A DNA stretch of 64,000 nt. Origin: Isurus oxyrinchus (Eukaryota). Positions 38,570-51,147 of this stretch are shown here, piece after piece. The stretch is from assembly GCA_026770705.1 (NCBI GenBank), contig JANJGN010000126.1, forward strand, positions 496,001 to 560,000. The letters run 5' to 3'. Each line of letters begins with the position of its first letter. Positions within the stretch are counted from its first letter, which is position 1. The position numbers and the translations under genes were made by a program. The notes under the pieces are model-generated. The model searched no databases and was not told the DNA's origin. It saw only the letters and a list, made by a program, of their open reading frames with translations.

Positions 38570-40650
38570 GGATTATAATCTCAGCCCAGAGAGAACAAAG
38601 TCCTGTTTTATTGAGCTGATCGGGATGAAGCTGGACCATCATTTTCCAGACCTTCTCCCAAAAGCACATTCCAGAAAGAGGTAGACAATGATTTCTCTGA
38701 TCGCACCTCTTTCAAGGACAGAATGGGTGCATGTTAGATTCTGGGCAGACAGGGTGGATCTGACAGGGGAATCCCGTCTCACCAAAAACTAATGATATTC
38801 ATGTTGATGGTTTGAAGATTTATAAAGGAAGCTTTCATCAGCTGCGGAATATGAAACACAATGGCCTGGAAGTGGTAATCAGCTTTGGATGGCCATTCCG
38901 CCATTTTCAACGTTCCCTGCCCCGCAGCTCCACATTTCTCACCTGCAGTTCAGAACAGGGTTTCAAGGGAACAGTGGGGTGTAAAGTCCTCCTTCCTCGT
39001 ACAGGAATGTCGGAGAAAGCTGAGCCAGAGCACTTCTGTGGCTCTAGCTACCGTTTACCAGTAGCTTTAATGATTCCAAAACCAGGTTGGCACAGCGCAG
39101 ACAGAAGGTCAGTGTGCAAGACAGCAGGGTCAGAGAGTCGGGTGGCAAGTAAAGGGGTGAGGGAATAGGGTAGTTCGAGGGATATCAGGGAGTTCGTGGT
39201 TGTCGACATTTAGTGGGGGAAGGGGGCTAGACAATTGGACGGGGGGGTGGTTAGCGGGTCGGTGTTCAGGTGCTGAGTAGGCAGCGAGGGGTGGGAGTGT
39301 GGGTAGCGTTTGGGTTATCTGGAGGGTTGTCTGGGGTAGGGGGAGATTCGGGTGTTCTGGAGGGTAGTCGGGGGTTGGGTGTAATGGGAATGTGGGGTAT
39401 TAGTTTGGGGATGGGAGTTGTACCCGTCATCTCGGCGGCAGTTGAAGTTTCAATGTATTAGTCAGGGTATGGGTAATTGGATTTTGGATGGTAGTCGGGG
39501 ACCTGGGGCACACTCGGGCTGTCTGGACAGTAATTGGGGTGTCCATTTCAGAGTTGGAGATCTGAATTCTGGTTCCCCAGGAGCTGGAACTGGTATTAAT
39601 CCTTCTCACGTTTCCTGGGTACCTATTCTGCTAAGTATGCCAGGAAAATCCAACTCCTCCAAATCTAACCCAGGGTTCTGGAATGTTCCAGATGCAGTAC
39701 TAATTGCCCAAAGGATGTGGAAAATCCCGGGGAAGTTGCCGGGCAGTCCTGAAGTGGGGACTTACAAGGGATCGAACACCACATCTCTCTGGTACCTCGG
39801 GGTCAGGTCATCCATTGGTCAGATCTGGGACATATTGAAAATACATTCTGATCTTCGTAGGGCCGCAGCCATGAGGCACCACAACGATGCTGTGGGAGAA
39901 GCACAACCTCCACCATCTGCCCCCGGTCCGCAAGCCCCCATATGAGGGCTGCATGGGTATTGACCGGAAAATTCAAACTTCTGAAGAACATCAGGAACCA
40001 TCCAAACCATCCGACACGTGGATTTAAATGGGAAACTTCAGTTCGTTATGCCTGTCCCGGAAGAATAGTTTCCCAGGAGGAGTGAGAAGAACGAAAATCG
40101 CTTCTAACTCCTGGGTCACTATGGAAATGAGAACCCCAACCCCCCACTGGAAACCTCAACTATATCTCCCACCTCCCCGACTGCCGAAGCTCCCCCGTCT
40201 ATCCTCTCAAACCGCACCTGACTACGCCCCATTTCCTTCCCCAACCCCTGACTACCCTCCCGCCCCCAGGCTGCCCTCCCAATAATTGATGATCCACAAG
40301 CACCCGACTGCACACTCACCCAGTTAGGACACAACCAACCATGCGAATATTCCTTATAACCAGCCAAACACCCTCCCAGCACATCGAGTACTCGCCAACC
40401 ATGACATTGACAATCTCCCCCGATTCCCCAAACACCCTGCAGACCCCTCATTACCCCATAAGCCTTCCAGCCCCCTGTACAGCCCAGGGTATCACTCTAA
40501 CACCTCGACAACCATCCCAACCACGCCGAATTCTCTCCTGGTATCCAAATGTAACAACACTGGACACACCTGATGATTCCAACACTGCCCCCCACCCTCT
40601 CCCCCAGCGGCCAATCACCTCCATCCCCAATCCTGGAAAATTGGATTCTG
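38570..40650. repeat. Composite non-autonomous element with a G-rich arm (39160-39460) and a C-rich arm (40130-40640)
   Basis: Mirror-image base composition and shared motif with 33090; ORFs here are low-complexity. Confidence 0.5.
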
Positions 40651-41260
40651 GATGTCTGATCTCTAATAGCAGTAGTTTTCCTTATCCATGTTTGATCTGA
40701 TGTTTTCTGATGTCATGAGACTTGATGGATTCCGCAGCAGATGTTGAGAACTCCCAAGGCCCTCCTTCCAGAATATACACCACTGTACTGGCATTACCGA
40801 AAGTTCTAGCCTGTTGGGTTATGTTGCTTCCCAACTCGATTTATTTCCAATTAAAGCATTCCAAATCATATTTTTTGCAGTAAATTCCATATCTCATGCG
40901 CCTGGCATTCCAGCTGTCTTTCCTGAATTATGTCAACTAGCCTGCACACAGTTTTCTCCATATCCATGTCTTGTGCTATCGGCAAAGTTTAAATTTTTAC
41001 CCTTTGCTCCCGTGTCCATATGACTAACAGATATCACAAATGACAATTGACACCGATACTTGTGGGACATTGTGTTAACTTGCTTCACGATGCAAAACCA
41101 TTGGGACCCACGAATACCATCCCGTCTATTACTTCAGAGAAAAGTTCGGTCAAGTTTGTCTATTTTGCCTTATTACAAATCCATGTTAGCTGTCGGTTAT
41201 TAACCGAAAATCTTCAAATTCACCATTAAAATTGCCCCGATTCTGTTCATTGGACGTTCA
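40650..41260 (-). mobile_element. CR1 RT fragment
   Basis: Minus-strand QHGF/SCL-like remnant ('aagttcggtcaagtttg..acaaatccatgttagctg'). Confidence 0.55.
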
Positions 41261-42614
41261 CCTGGCGGCAATGTTAGGCTGACTGATTGTAATGCAGCAA
41301 TGATTTTCACACAGGATAGGAAATGTCTCTGTGGTGAATTTGCTTGGGGGCTTCTACATTGTCATGTGACATTCAATGTCAACATGCTTCATTAACATTC
41401 AACATCATAACGTGAGAAAAGTGCAACTTTTAAAGATATTGTAAGATATCATGAGGGTAATGTTTCCTGTTGAATAAGTTTTAAAAAAATCTAGTTTGTA
41501 AAGGAGAACATGAAAAAAATAACGACTGATCTTATTGGGAATTACAATGGATTAATTGATGCAACGGAAATAACGAGACAACCCGACTAATAAATTCGTC
41601 AAATTCTTTCTGTACCTGCCTTTCGAAAGACGAATGTGCTCCTGAGCAGTGTCAGTGTCATCCAGCATCCGCCCAAAATGAAAACGAATGGAACGTCTCG
41701 CCAATCAGCCCAAATTGCCGAGTTGTAGGCCCCTACTGCATTACAAAGCAACACTGCAGCACCAACATCCTGTTATTCTCTGGAATCCATTAAGTGTCAA
41801 CTAAACTCGCTTGCATTTCACGCTATGCACACCCCAAAATCCTGCCCACCAGATCATTGATAAATGGTTCTATTGAGTATTGTCAGAAGATAGAGTGAGA
41901 TTGTTAATATTGGTTCATACAATGCAATGGCAACTCCTGCCTCTGTCAAGGAGCATTAAAGAGTCTGGCTCCAATTCAACAGATTGCATTTGCCAGAGCT
42001 TCGTCTCTTCATAGCCGACACTGCATTTCAGCTGTAACGTCGCTGGTCCAGAGGCATCGCTGGCCCCGTGGACACATCATCAGATCTGCTGCCTCTCCTT
42101 ACAGGCTGCAGAACAGTCATCTGGGAAATCCAGAAACCAACCACCAGGCCTCCAAAAACAATCCTTAATAACACCAAATAGTTTGTGACAGGAGAACTCC
42201 TCCAAATTAAATTTCATGATATTAAGGTACCAAGCCCATTGTGAAACACTGGTGGAGTGTCAGTTTTGCAGAACTGGAGCTTCTGTTTGCCGAATGATGT
42301 ATTAATGCGTTTTCTAGTCCACATTCGGTATACTGCCATCACTTCAGTCGTCAGGATGTGTGAATTCAGTGTAACATCGATTCACCTCTTTCAGGCAAAT
42401 ACAGGGCATACTCCCACAAGCCTCTTTCACAAATGGAATTCTGGGTCACGGTAGAGGGTGCCTCAGCAAACCACAGCTAAACATCAGTACCACTGCTACA
42501 ACTAATTTCGCGCCCCGAATATTGAAGCTATCCACTGACATTATAGTTGATCAGGTCTGGGCCTGTTGTCGAATAACTGTTAAAGATAAATTGGTAGGAC
42601 CGGTTAACTTCTGA

Positions 42615-42905
42615 TGGGAGGTGGTGATGTAGCAGCATTATGAGCAGGTTAACATTGCATAAGGCCCAACCTAATTCTCTGGGGACCTAAGTTCACATCC
42701 CACCGTGGAAGGTTGGGCAATTTGAATTCAATAAAAAATCTTTAATTAAGCGTCTGATGATTATCATGAAACCATTGCTAATTGCTGTAAAAGCCCATTT
42801 GGTTTAATTATTTCCTGCAGGAAAGAGCATCTGCTGTCTGGCCTCTACGTGACTCTTAAATGCTCTCTGAACAAGAGCATTTAGCGATTGAATGAATAAA
42901 AAAAT
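42615..42905 (+). mobile_element. tRNA-derived SINE (same family as 2293)
   Basis: 'gggaggtggtgatgtagc..ctggggacctaagttcacatcccacc..tttgaattcaataaaaaatc..catgaaaccattg..gaatgaataaaaaa'. Confidence 0.75.
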
Positions 42906-45719
42906 CCCTTCTACCTTTATCAACGTGGCTAACAGGACAGCAGGAAATGAAATCGGCTGAAGATTTATAAATGATAAATGAAGATAATGTCCTTATGCAG
43001 TTTTATAACTTTTTAAAAAATGATTTTGTTGGTCATTTTTGGGGCCCCTTTAGAGATGGGACTCTTCCCAATTGGCCAACGGAAAGTGCAGAAGATGAAT
43101 TGATGGTCTTTTGCCATCGCAATCCCACAGTCCGCTGTTTATATATTTAGGGGCTCAGGTGTTTGCTGTAAAGCGGTGCTTAGTCAGTGGAGAACAATTC
43201 CTGAGGAAAGTATGTGCATCCATTTCGAAGCGTATCCAACCATCAAGATCAGAATCATTACTGGGGCGGGACGCGGGGAGATTGTAGTGCTTTATCCACA
43301 TTTCATGTTGGAATGTGTAAGAAATCAGAGATACGACACTTAGCCGTCCACATGAACGTAGAGCTACTACGAGGACTACAAGGACCCTGGATTCTGATGG
43401 GAATAAGACAGACCACAGAAAATATGGGGAAGAGAACATTTAACTACCAGAGAACAGATACTGACACTTAATTGTGCTCGGATGTATTGCGCCTTTAACA
43501 GTCTTATTTTCAAACTGAGTGACTGTTAACTAGAATGGAAAACAATGCGTGGCATCGACAAGAAGGGGAAAGGATGGAATCTTGTGTACAGTTGAAGTTG
43601 GATTCTGCTGTCCTTATCGTCCAAATAATTTAACAATTTCAAGTAGTGGATATTTCACCCCATTCTTTAACACCTCTCTGAATTTACTCTGGTCCCTGCG
43701 TAAATAAACAGGTTTGCGCAGGAACTCAAAAACTGAAGCATGTATGCTTTTTCCTCAAGAATGAATGTTGAAAGATTGATTTCAGAGCTTGATAAGTATT
43801 TAACATTTCCAATTTGCACATAGAGGAAAGTTATAAAAAGTAACAAATATAAGAGGATGAAACTTCCCGATACACAGAAGAGTAAAATGATGGACATTGT
43901 CCGCTTCTCCATCTCAGGGTCACGCTGATTGTCTCCATTTCTCCGGGTCTGGAGTCTCCTGCGAGCTCTACTGGCTGCGAGAATGTGTCTGACTGTCAGG
44001 ACATTGAGCAGTAAAATCAGAATGAATGGGAGACAAGGGGTTAAAATGTGATGAATACAGTCATAGGCGATCCATGCAAGTGAGGTATAAAATATCACTT
44101 TTACATCGCAGAACCAGGGCACATTGTCAATTATGTACAAAGATTCGTATATAAAATACTGGAAGGTGTTTTTGACACAGCTGATTGCGCAGATTGTCCC
44201 TATAACCCGTGCCGCCGTTTTTTTGGAACAACATTTTACTTTCAGCTTCTGGTAACAAATGGCCACAAATCGATCAAAGGTGAAAGCTGTCGTTAACCAG
44301 GCAGAGCTGTCTATGGCTGTATATATTAGGGCTTCACGGAGACTGCATACTGGTGTGATTGACAGGAAACTGAGTGGGAAATAAATACCAGCAGTCCGGT
44401 TCAATATCACAGTGGTTATAATGAGCGGGAGATCTCACACCGCCAGGGATTGTAAATAATAGGTTATACAGGTGGAGATACCGCATTTCACTCGAGAAAG
44501 GATCACAATCACCGCCAGGTTAGCTGCAATAAAGAGAGAGAGAGAAAGAGAGAAGTTGGAAAGAGACTGAGTTTGTGTGTGTGTGAGTTTGGGAGAGAAC
44601 GAATACAGGAAGGTTACTGCTCAAACTATAAACAAATCAACAGTTGTATAGGATTCTGCATGAATTTGTATATTTCAGATGTGTTCCCCAGTTGCGAAAT
44701 TGTAATGGGCAAGTGATTCAGCTTTGTAAATTGAAATCTTAATTCAATATAGGTCAGGTCAAAGTTATATGAATGTCAAATATTTTAATAAAAACTAATG
44801 GAGAACAAAAGACATCGTTAACACTGAGAAACCAACCTAGAATTTCTGTATAAGCAAGAAGAAAGTGTACGCATCTGCAAGGCATTGCAGGAAATAATGA
44901 CGAAGGTAAGTAACAAAACAAGCAACAAGAAGTGTGGAAACTAACAAGGGCGCAGATTATATCTCACGGAAGATCAATATAGTTCCTTTCCTATACAATA
45001 ATTGGCAATAATTATTGAAAATTATTCGTTGTTGTGAACTTTGGGAATTAAACCTGCTCAAAAATATCGACATACAGCGAGAAGTAAAGGGGCAATGAAT
45101 GATTTCTGATCTTCCAGACAGGGCGTTTGCCTGCATGTGAAGATACATCCTAGCTCCTCACATATAGTCAACTGGAAGATCGGTGTCGATCTGAACCTTT
45201 GGAAAAGTCTCCTTCCAAGTGAGGTCCCTCTTGCAATGCAGCACTGACTCCGTACTGCATTGCACTTTCCGGGATCAACTATCAACGTTGTCCTGTAATG
45301 GATATTTCAAATCAAAGCATTGCGCCTGAGATGTGAAAGATGCAGCCAAGTAGGGAGCCTCATTCAATATGAACAAACAGCAGAGACGGGAAAATGTGGG
45401 ACATTTCCCGGTGATATCAGCAGAAGGAAATTCCGGCGTCAACAGTGGTCAAGTCGAAGCGTCAGCAGCAGTTCAAGAACCAATTAGTGTTGGAGACTGA
45501 GAGCAGAAACACACCTCTGTGATCGTGGTGCTAATATAGAATATTCATCAAAAGTCTATTATTACATTGTTCATACATCTGTCAAAAACTGGGTGCTCAT
45601 GATGTCCTTCCAACAAATTCATTGGGGGAATATTGAATGTTACATTGCTCTCTATCAATGAAACATTCGTGGGAATTGTTCGATCATTGTCAATGTGATC
45701 AACACAACAGATTTACATT

Positions 45720-46140
45720 TGCACCGTGAAAACAGTGTGATAGCTCATCCACAGTTCGACTGTCAGTAACAGAAGATGATCCATTTCACAGTGTGTTTAA
45801 AATGTGATAACCTAACCACAGTTCGACTGTCAGTAACAGAACACGAACATATTCATACTGTGATTAAAGTGTGATCACTCAACCACAGTTAGACTGTCAG
45901 TAACACAAGGTGATCACATTCACACCGTGATTACAATGTGATAATTCACCTTCAGTAACGATACCGGAAGCACAATGGAAAAACATTTAGACTGTAATGT
46001 CATTGTTAAAATACACCAGCAGTAACAGAAGACAAATACATTTGCACCGTGATTACAATGTGATAATTCTCCTTCAGCAACAATGCCAGTAACAGAATGG
46101 AAAGGCAATTGCACTGTGATAACAGTGTGAAAATACACCA
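45720..46140. repeat. 67-bp minisatellite in the gene C intron
   Basis: ccacagtt(c/a)gactgtcagtaaca at 45749, 45816 and 45883. Confidence 0.85.
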
Positions 46141-46169
46141 GTACTAAATGGTGCAAAACACCGTTGAAG

Positions 46170-46570
46170 ACGGTAATATAATACCACTTACAACGAAAAA
46201 TTACACCCTTATAAGGGGGATATTATACCGCTAACAACGAGAAATTTCACCCTGAACAGGGTAATATTTTACCATTAACAGCGAGAAATTGCACACTTTG
46301 CAGAGTATGATAGCACTTAAATTGTGAAATTTTGTTTTTAACAAGGTTATATTATGCCACTAACAGCGAAGAATTGCACCTTTAATAGCATATTATTAAG
46401 CCATTAGCGGCGAGAATTTTAGGCAAAGGGAACAAATTATATTGTCAAAATTGAGACATTATACCTATAAAGTGGGGAAAATGTTCTTTTAGAGGGGTAA
46501 AATATACTTGTTAAAAGAGGGAAATTGCTCCATTAATGGGGAGAATTGTACAGATAAAGGGCGGAATGGG
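46170..46570. repeat. 44-bp (2x22) minisatellite near the gene C splice donor
   Basis: tacc..taaca.cga anchors at 46182, 46226 and 46270. Confidence 0.75.
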
Positions 46571-46789
46571 AGAATGGTTATAACGTTATGGATATACAAT
46601 GCTTTTAAAAGGTAGAATTCCTGCAGGTAACCGATTTCCGTATCAAAATACTAATTACAATACTTTACCTGGAACCCCGAGAGCTGCAAGGACTGGATAA
46701 TAAATGGCAGACAGAAGGTCTTTTGGTGATCCGTGCATTTTCAACAAATGTTCTGAAAGCCTTCTGCACATCACTGAAAGATTGTCACA

Positions 46790-46824
46790 TTTATAACTGA
46801 TGTGAAGCGCCAGGGAGTTAATTA
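46790..46824 (-). promoter_or_regulatory. Gene C core promoter: homeodomain site, O/E-like site, TATA
   Basis: Minus strand TAATTA-ac-TCCCTGGCGC-11 nt-TATAAA. Confidence 0.6.
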
Positions 46825-47619
46825 GGTGGTTTGATCTCTTGCATTAAATACATTAATTTTCAATAATAACAGTTCAGCCCAGCTGCTTCAGGACTGACGG
46901 TTATGTTTTGGGAGAATAAAAGGTTTTTTTTTTCAATGGAGTTGACACCCAGAGATTGCAGCATGATCACAATTTCTTTTCTCAGAAAAAGATACCGACC
47001 TGGATTTTGTGGTCAGGGGTGAATGAGAGGCCTTTGGCCCTGATTGCTCTGGAGAATCCCAATTTGACTGGTTCACTGGCTGCCGCCAGAATTTAAGCCT
47101 TTGGCTGATGCATGGTCCATGGACAAAATGATCTGTGAAATGTAGCATCGGGGTGACTTCTGACGACGGCCGCCCCTGCTGACGTCACGAGCCTGATACA
47201 AGTTCCCTGCGGTCCCTTTTCAGGCCAAAGGCAGATGGGTGTTTTGTTATGATTTAAAACACTTCTACGGACTTTAAAAATTTTCAAATTTTTCTAACAC
47301 TTTCATATACTTGAAAAGCCTTTTAAGCACTAAGTGAGTGCTGCACAAGTGAATGCACGCTGTGGTAGAAAATGCCCCGATGCAAGAATTTTCAAACAGG
47401 ACAGGAAATGTGACACAGGCTGCAGGATTGTCATGTGATATTCGATGTTCACATGCTTGTCTAATGTTATAAGTTGCAACGCGAGATTTTAAAGCAGCCT
47501 CAAGATAATTGTACACTTACTGCTTTGGAAATTATGCACTGCATCACCTTACTGCAATTCTCTCATGAATTCGGCCACGCTGCCTCTGGCTTTTCGTTTC
47601 ATAGACTTCTGTTTTCAAC

Positions 47620-48230
47620 AGGATCAAGGAAGTGCAGGACTGGATGCTAAATATTTCTCTGTACAAGGTATGCAGTAAAGATTGTGCAGGAAGAAAAGGA
47701 CGGGGGTTACGGTATTGTTTAAGGAGAGCATTGCAGTGCTGCAGAAAGAGGATGTCCCAGAAGGTTGAAGGACAGAATCAATTTGGCGAGAGCTAAGGGG
47801 GAAAAAATGTGCCATTAAGTGCGAGGTGTTGTCTGCTGTCCACTTGCCAGTAGGAAGGATGTAATGGAACAACTCTGCAGGGTAAACACAGAGGTGCAAT
47901 CATGAAAGAAAAGTAATAATGGGGCACTTTAATTACCGGAATATAGACTGGGATACTCGCAGTGTAAAGGACAGAGAAGGGCAAGAGCTCCTCGATTGTG
48001 TTCAGGGGAATGTTGTACAGCAGTATGTGTCCGGTACAACAAGAAAGGAGGCACTGCTAGACGTGGCTCTTGCAAATGAGGTTAGACAGATAGATCAAGT
48101 GTCAGCGGGGAACATCAAGGAGAAAGCGATCATTGTCTCATAAGGTGTAGGGTGACGGTCAAAAAAGCATCTTGGAATATCCAGAGTAAGAATAATGAAT
48201 TCTGCACAGCTGACTTTAATGGAACAAGAA
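47620..48230 (+). mobile_element. CR1 APE-endonuclease fragment
   Basis: MGHFNYRNIDW..LDCVQ..QQYV..TRKEALLDV matches the GDFN..IDW..LDLV endonuclease motifs. Confidence 0.85.
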
Positions 48231-48652
48231 CCAATCACGGTGCAGTGACGTGTTGTAAAAATTGTGACATCATTCGCTGCAGGACCAATCGACGAAGGCC
48301 AAATTATTGTGAAGTCATACCCTACTCATGCCTGCTGTTTATTAAAAAGAGCGTTTCAATTGAATGAAAAGATGACTTCCGTCCTCATTAAAATAGCCAC
48401 TCAATTTCAACACTCATTGAACCGTAACATATATCGACCGTAATTGATAATTTCCCGCACTGATTCGCTCAGCGGGGAAGTCTGTTCCGCCTGTGACCCC
48501 TGACTGAGGACTGTGGGCCCGCGGGAGTGAGTTCTTGGCATCTTATTGGGGCCAAGCGTCCATTGAGTCTTTCCGAGCCTGGGAAAGGACAGAGAAACAC
48601 AGGAGCACAACGGTGGTGGCTAACGATAAATGCAGCTAACAGTGGAGTGATA

Positions 48653-48928
48653 TCCTGAACGGTAAAAGCAAAATACTGCGGATGCTGGAAATCTGGAACA
48701 CAGACAGAAAATGCTGGAAAAACGCAGCACGTCTAACAGCATCTGTGGACAGAAAGGCAGAATTAAAGTTTCAAATCTGTATGACTTTTCTTCAGAGAAG
48801 AAAATGACTCTGAAGAAGAGTCATACGGAATCGAAACATTAACTCTGTCTTTTCCTTCGCAGATGCTGTCAGACCTGCTGAGCTTTTATAGCATTTTCTG
48901 TTGTTTGTTTCAAATGTCCTGAACGGTA
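48653..48928. mobile_element. Penelope-type inverted terminal-repeat insertion with 12-bp target-site duplication
   Basis: TCCTGAACGGTA at 48653-48664 and 48917-48928; interior is an imperfect palindrome. Confidence 0.8.
48806..48845 (+). ncRNA. Minimal hammerhead ribozyme-like motif (Penelope-associated)
   Basis: CTGAAGA-a-GAGTC-atacg-GAATC-GAAA-c. Confidence 0.55.
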
Positions 48929-49244
48929 GTGTGGAAAAGGATGGGAGTCAGATTGGGAGAGATAAAGGGTTTAAACATTAACTTCACCGATTAACAAACA
49001 GCATTCCGAGTCTTTAAGATGCGTCGGTAATTTTTCCCTGCCTCACTCTTCCTACATTCAACAACAAGGAACCTCGCCCGTGAACTCTGGGTTTTTAGAG
49101 AAAATGTTGGAAGATATTAGGTCGTGGAGAGAACTTCTCCTGATATTCCCATGATTGGGAGGCGCTGAAGGAACCACTGAAAAAACAATGAAGCAGATGG
49201 AACAAAACCCCGAGGGTGATAAAAGAATAAAACTGCAGAATAAA

Positions 49245-49410
49245 ACTGGAAATCTGAAAGAAACACAGAAAGCTCTGCAGGTCTGACAGCATCTGTGGAG
49301 ACAGAAACAAAGTTATAAAATTTCATCAGACGGACTCGAAACGTCAACTCTATTCCTTCTTCCACAGGTGCTGTCCGCCTGCTGAGTTTTTGCAGCATTT
49401 TCTGTGTTTA
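49245..49410. mobile_element. Short Penelope-type inverted-repeat remnant
   Basis: gcaggtctgacagcatctgtgga ... tccacaggtgctgtccgcctgc. Confidence 0.7.
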
Positions 49411-50870
49411 TGTAACCGTGGGGTGATGTTCATTTAGTTCAGGGAGATTGTATCAGAAGGAATGGAACAGGGAGGGAGGATCCCTGGGGTTATGCTCAGT
49501 GAGAACAGGGAGATGGTATCAGGGGGAATGAGCTGATCAGGAAACAGTTCACAATCGAAGGAAAAGGGAGAATGACAGGGCTAATGGATTTAAAAGAAAA
49601 GTTGGAAGTGGACAGTCAGTGTGTATTTACCAGAATGTGGACCGTATATATTCTTAACAGAAAGGCATTGGTTTGGTGGGGTGCGAGTAATGCCTGTTTG
49701 TGTATTTAAGAAATACTTCGAAGCCAGTGTCTCAGTATTCAATAGGCCCCAGGATCAAGGAACAAGCCCCATGTTTATGTTTACTTGCTGCATCACGTGG
49801 AACCCCGTCTTTGGACATTTTCGCGGTTTTGTCCCCCAGGTATGTGCAATAGACCTAAAGATCTGTAATAATTTACAGGATTTTCACTCGATCATATATC
49901 AGTGCCAGACACGTTCGAGTCTCTGGAATCGCCCCTTGGTTAATGCTCCCAATTATGCCTGTGTTATATATCTAGCCAGTGGCACCCCTGCCTTCAAAGT
50001 GTTTAATTGGACAATGCAGAGGGATCTTAACCCTGTTATGACCCTGGCTGTACCAACCGTGGGAGTGTTGGCTAGGGCAGTGTAAAGGAAGTTTTCTGAT
50101 CCAACATCCTGTAATGCGTCAGCCTCTGATGAAGCCGAACGCTACTGTATAAAATAACCTGACATGTGAATGTGACCGCCCAGAGTATGAGTCAAATCAC
50201 CGAGGTGGCCGTCCCTGTTCAATCATTCCGCCTCAGGCAATTGCCAGAAACAGGCAGAGGCAAAGGTCCCTTTGCACGGAAGGGGCGATGGGTGGCCCAT
50301 TGGGGCCTTCTGGGCAAATAGATCCCAGACAGGACTGGTGAAATAGGGAGAAATGTGTAATAGGGAAAATGGAGCAGTGTCGATGGACCGCAGAAAAAGG
50401 AATTCAGCAAAGCCATAGTTAGATCACTTTTTATTCCACATTCATTAGCAATTTCAGAGAATATTTTACATGAAAGTTTATTTTATGGTTAACAGACGTG
50501 AATATAATGGCTGAGCGTCACATTGGGAGCATGCACTCTGAGTTGGTAAACCGTATGTACCACGGAAACATAGATCAGAAAGAGAAAACAGCGGCTCAAC
50601 GGAAAGGGAAGGGAACAATAGTGAAAATGGAACGAGAAAAGTTAATTAACGACAAATGGCATTCTAAGTCCATGGAAATTAGATGCTCCAATTTCATTAC
50701 GACCATTAACACCTCGCACATTTCAAACAGAAAAACGGAAATTCTGTGGCAGGTTCGGTTACAGATCGGGAATTACAAAGTGAGAACATTTCACTTTTAC
50801 AGTGACCAAGAGAACATATTTTAAATTGTAATTAAAGGAGTCCGAAGTTCGGGGTCCGAAATTCAACCGA

Positions 50871-51147
50871 TCACTTGATCTGTAAAAGAGGCAGAATATA
50901 ATGAAGCAGATGTTTATGATCTGGTGCATTTATGTTATAGATCTTAATCGTTGAAACATTAAGAAAGTTTTCAAACCGCTTCTGTCAGATTGTCGTGTTA
51001 GTAAATGCAATTTTCTCACATTCACCAGAGTGATGGCAGTTCTGTAGAAAATGCTCAGGACGAACAGGGCAATGGTTGTGGAAGCTGTTGTGCAGACGTT
51101 CCCGTTATCGTCCTCATTGTCTTCAATCCACATGCGTTCTGTGGAAT
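50871..51147 (-). pseudogene. Orphan IgH (IgM-type) TM1 (51147-51020) and TM2 (50879-50871), copy 2
   Basis: cctgtAG|AT, (D)STERMWIEDNEDDNGNVCTTASTTIALFVLSIFYRTAITLVN|GTGAGA; ttttacAG|ATC AAG TGA; flanks ~49650-51680 align with ~36300-38560. Confidence 0.85.

Larger units (their letters stand above)
43614..46738 (-). pseudogene. GPCR gene C, GPR139/142-like pseudogene (exons 46738-46669 and 44523-43614)
   Basis: Exon 1 MHGSPKDLLSAIYYPVLAALGVP, G|GTAAAG; acceptor ttgcAG|CT; in-frame TGA at 44437-44435 in TM2; 1-nt deletion at ~43691 (GGG ACC^AGA). Confidence 0.88.

Noticed and set aside
39270-40700. Gly- and Pro-rich ORFs (also 33147-34118 and 57620-58069)
   Set aside because: By-products of G- or C-rich repeat tracts
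38560-43600. Ig CH4 or secretory exon upstream of TM copy 1 (also sought in 51680-55300)
   Set aside because: No C1-set Cys/Trp pattern recognised in any frame; a very decayed exon cannot be excluded
44435-44437. In-frame TGA as selenocysteine or read-through
   Set aside because: Position is Thr in paralogs A and B, and the gene has a second lesion (frameshift)
45720-46140. CRISPR-like or RSS-like array (cacagt repeats with 'spacers')
   Set aside because: Eukaryotic context; inter-repeat parts are themselves homologous; no ACAAAAACC nonamer at 12/23 spacing
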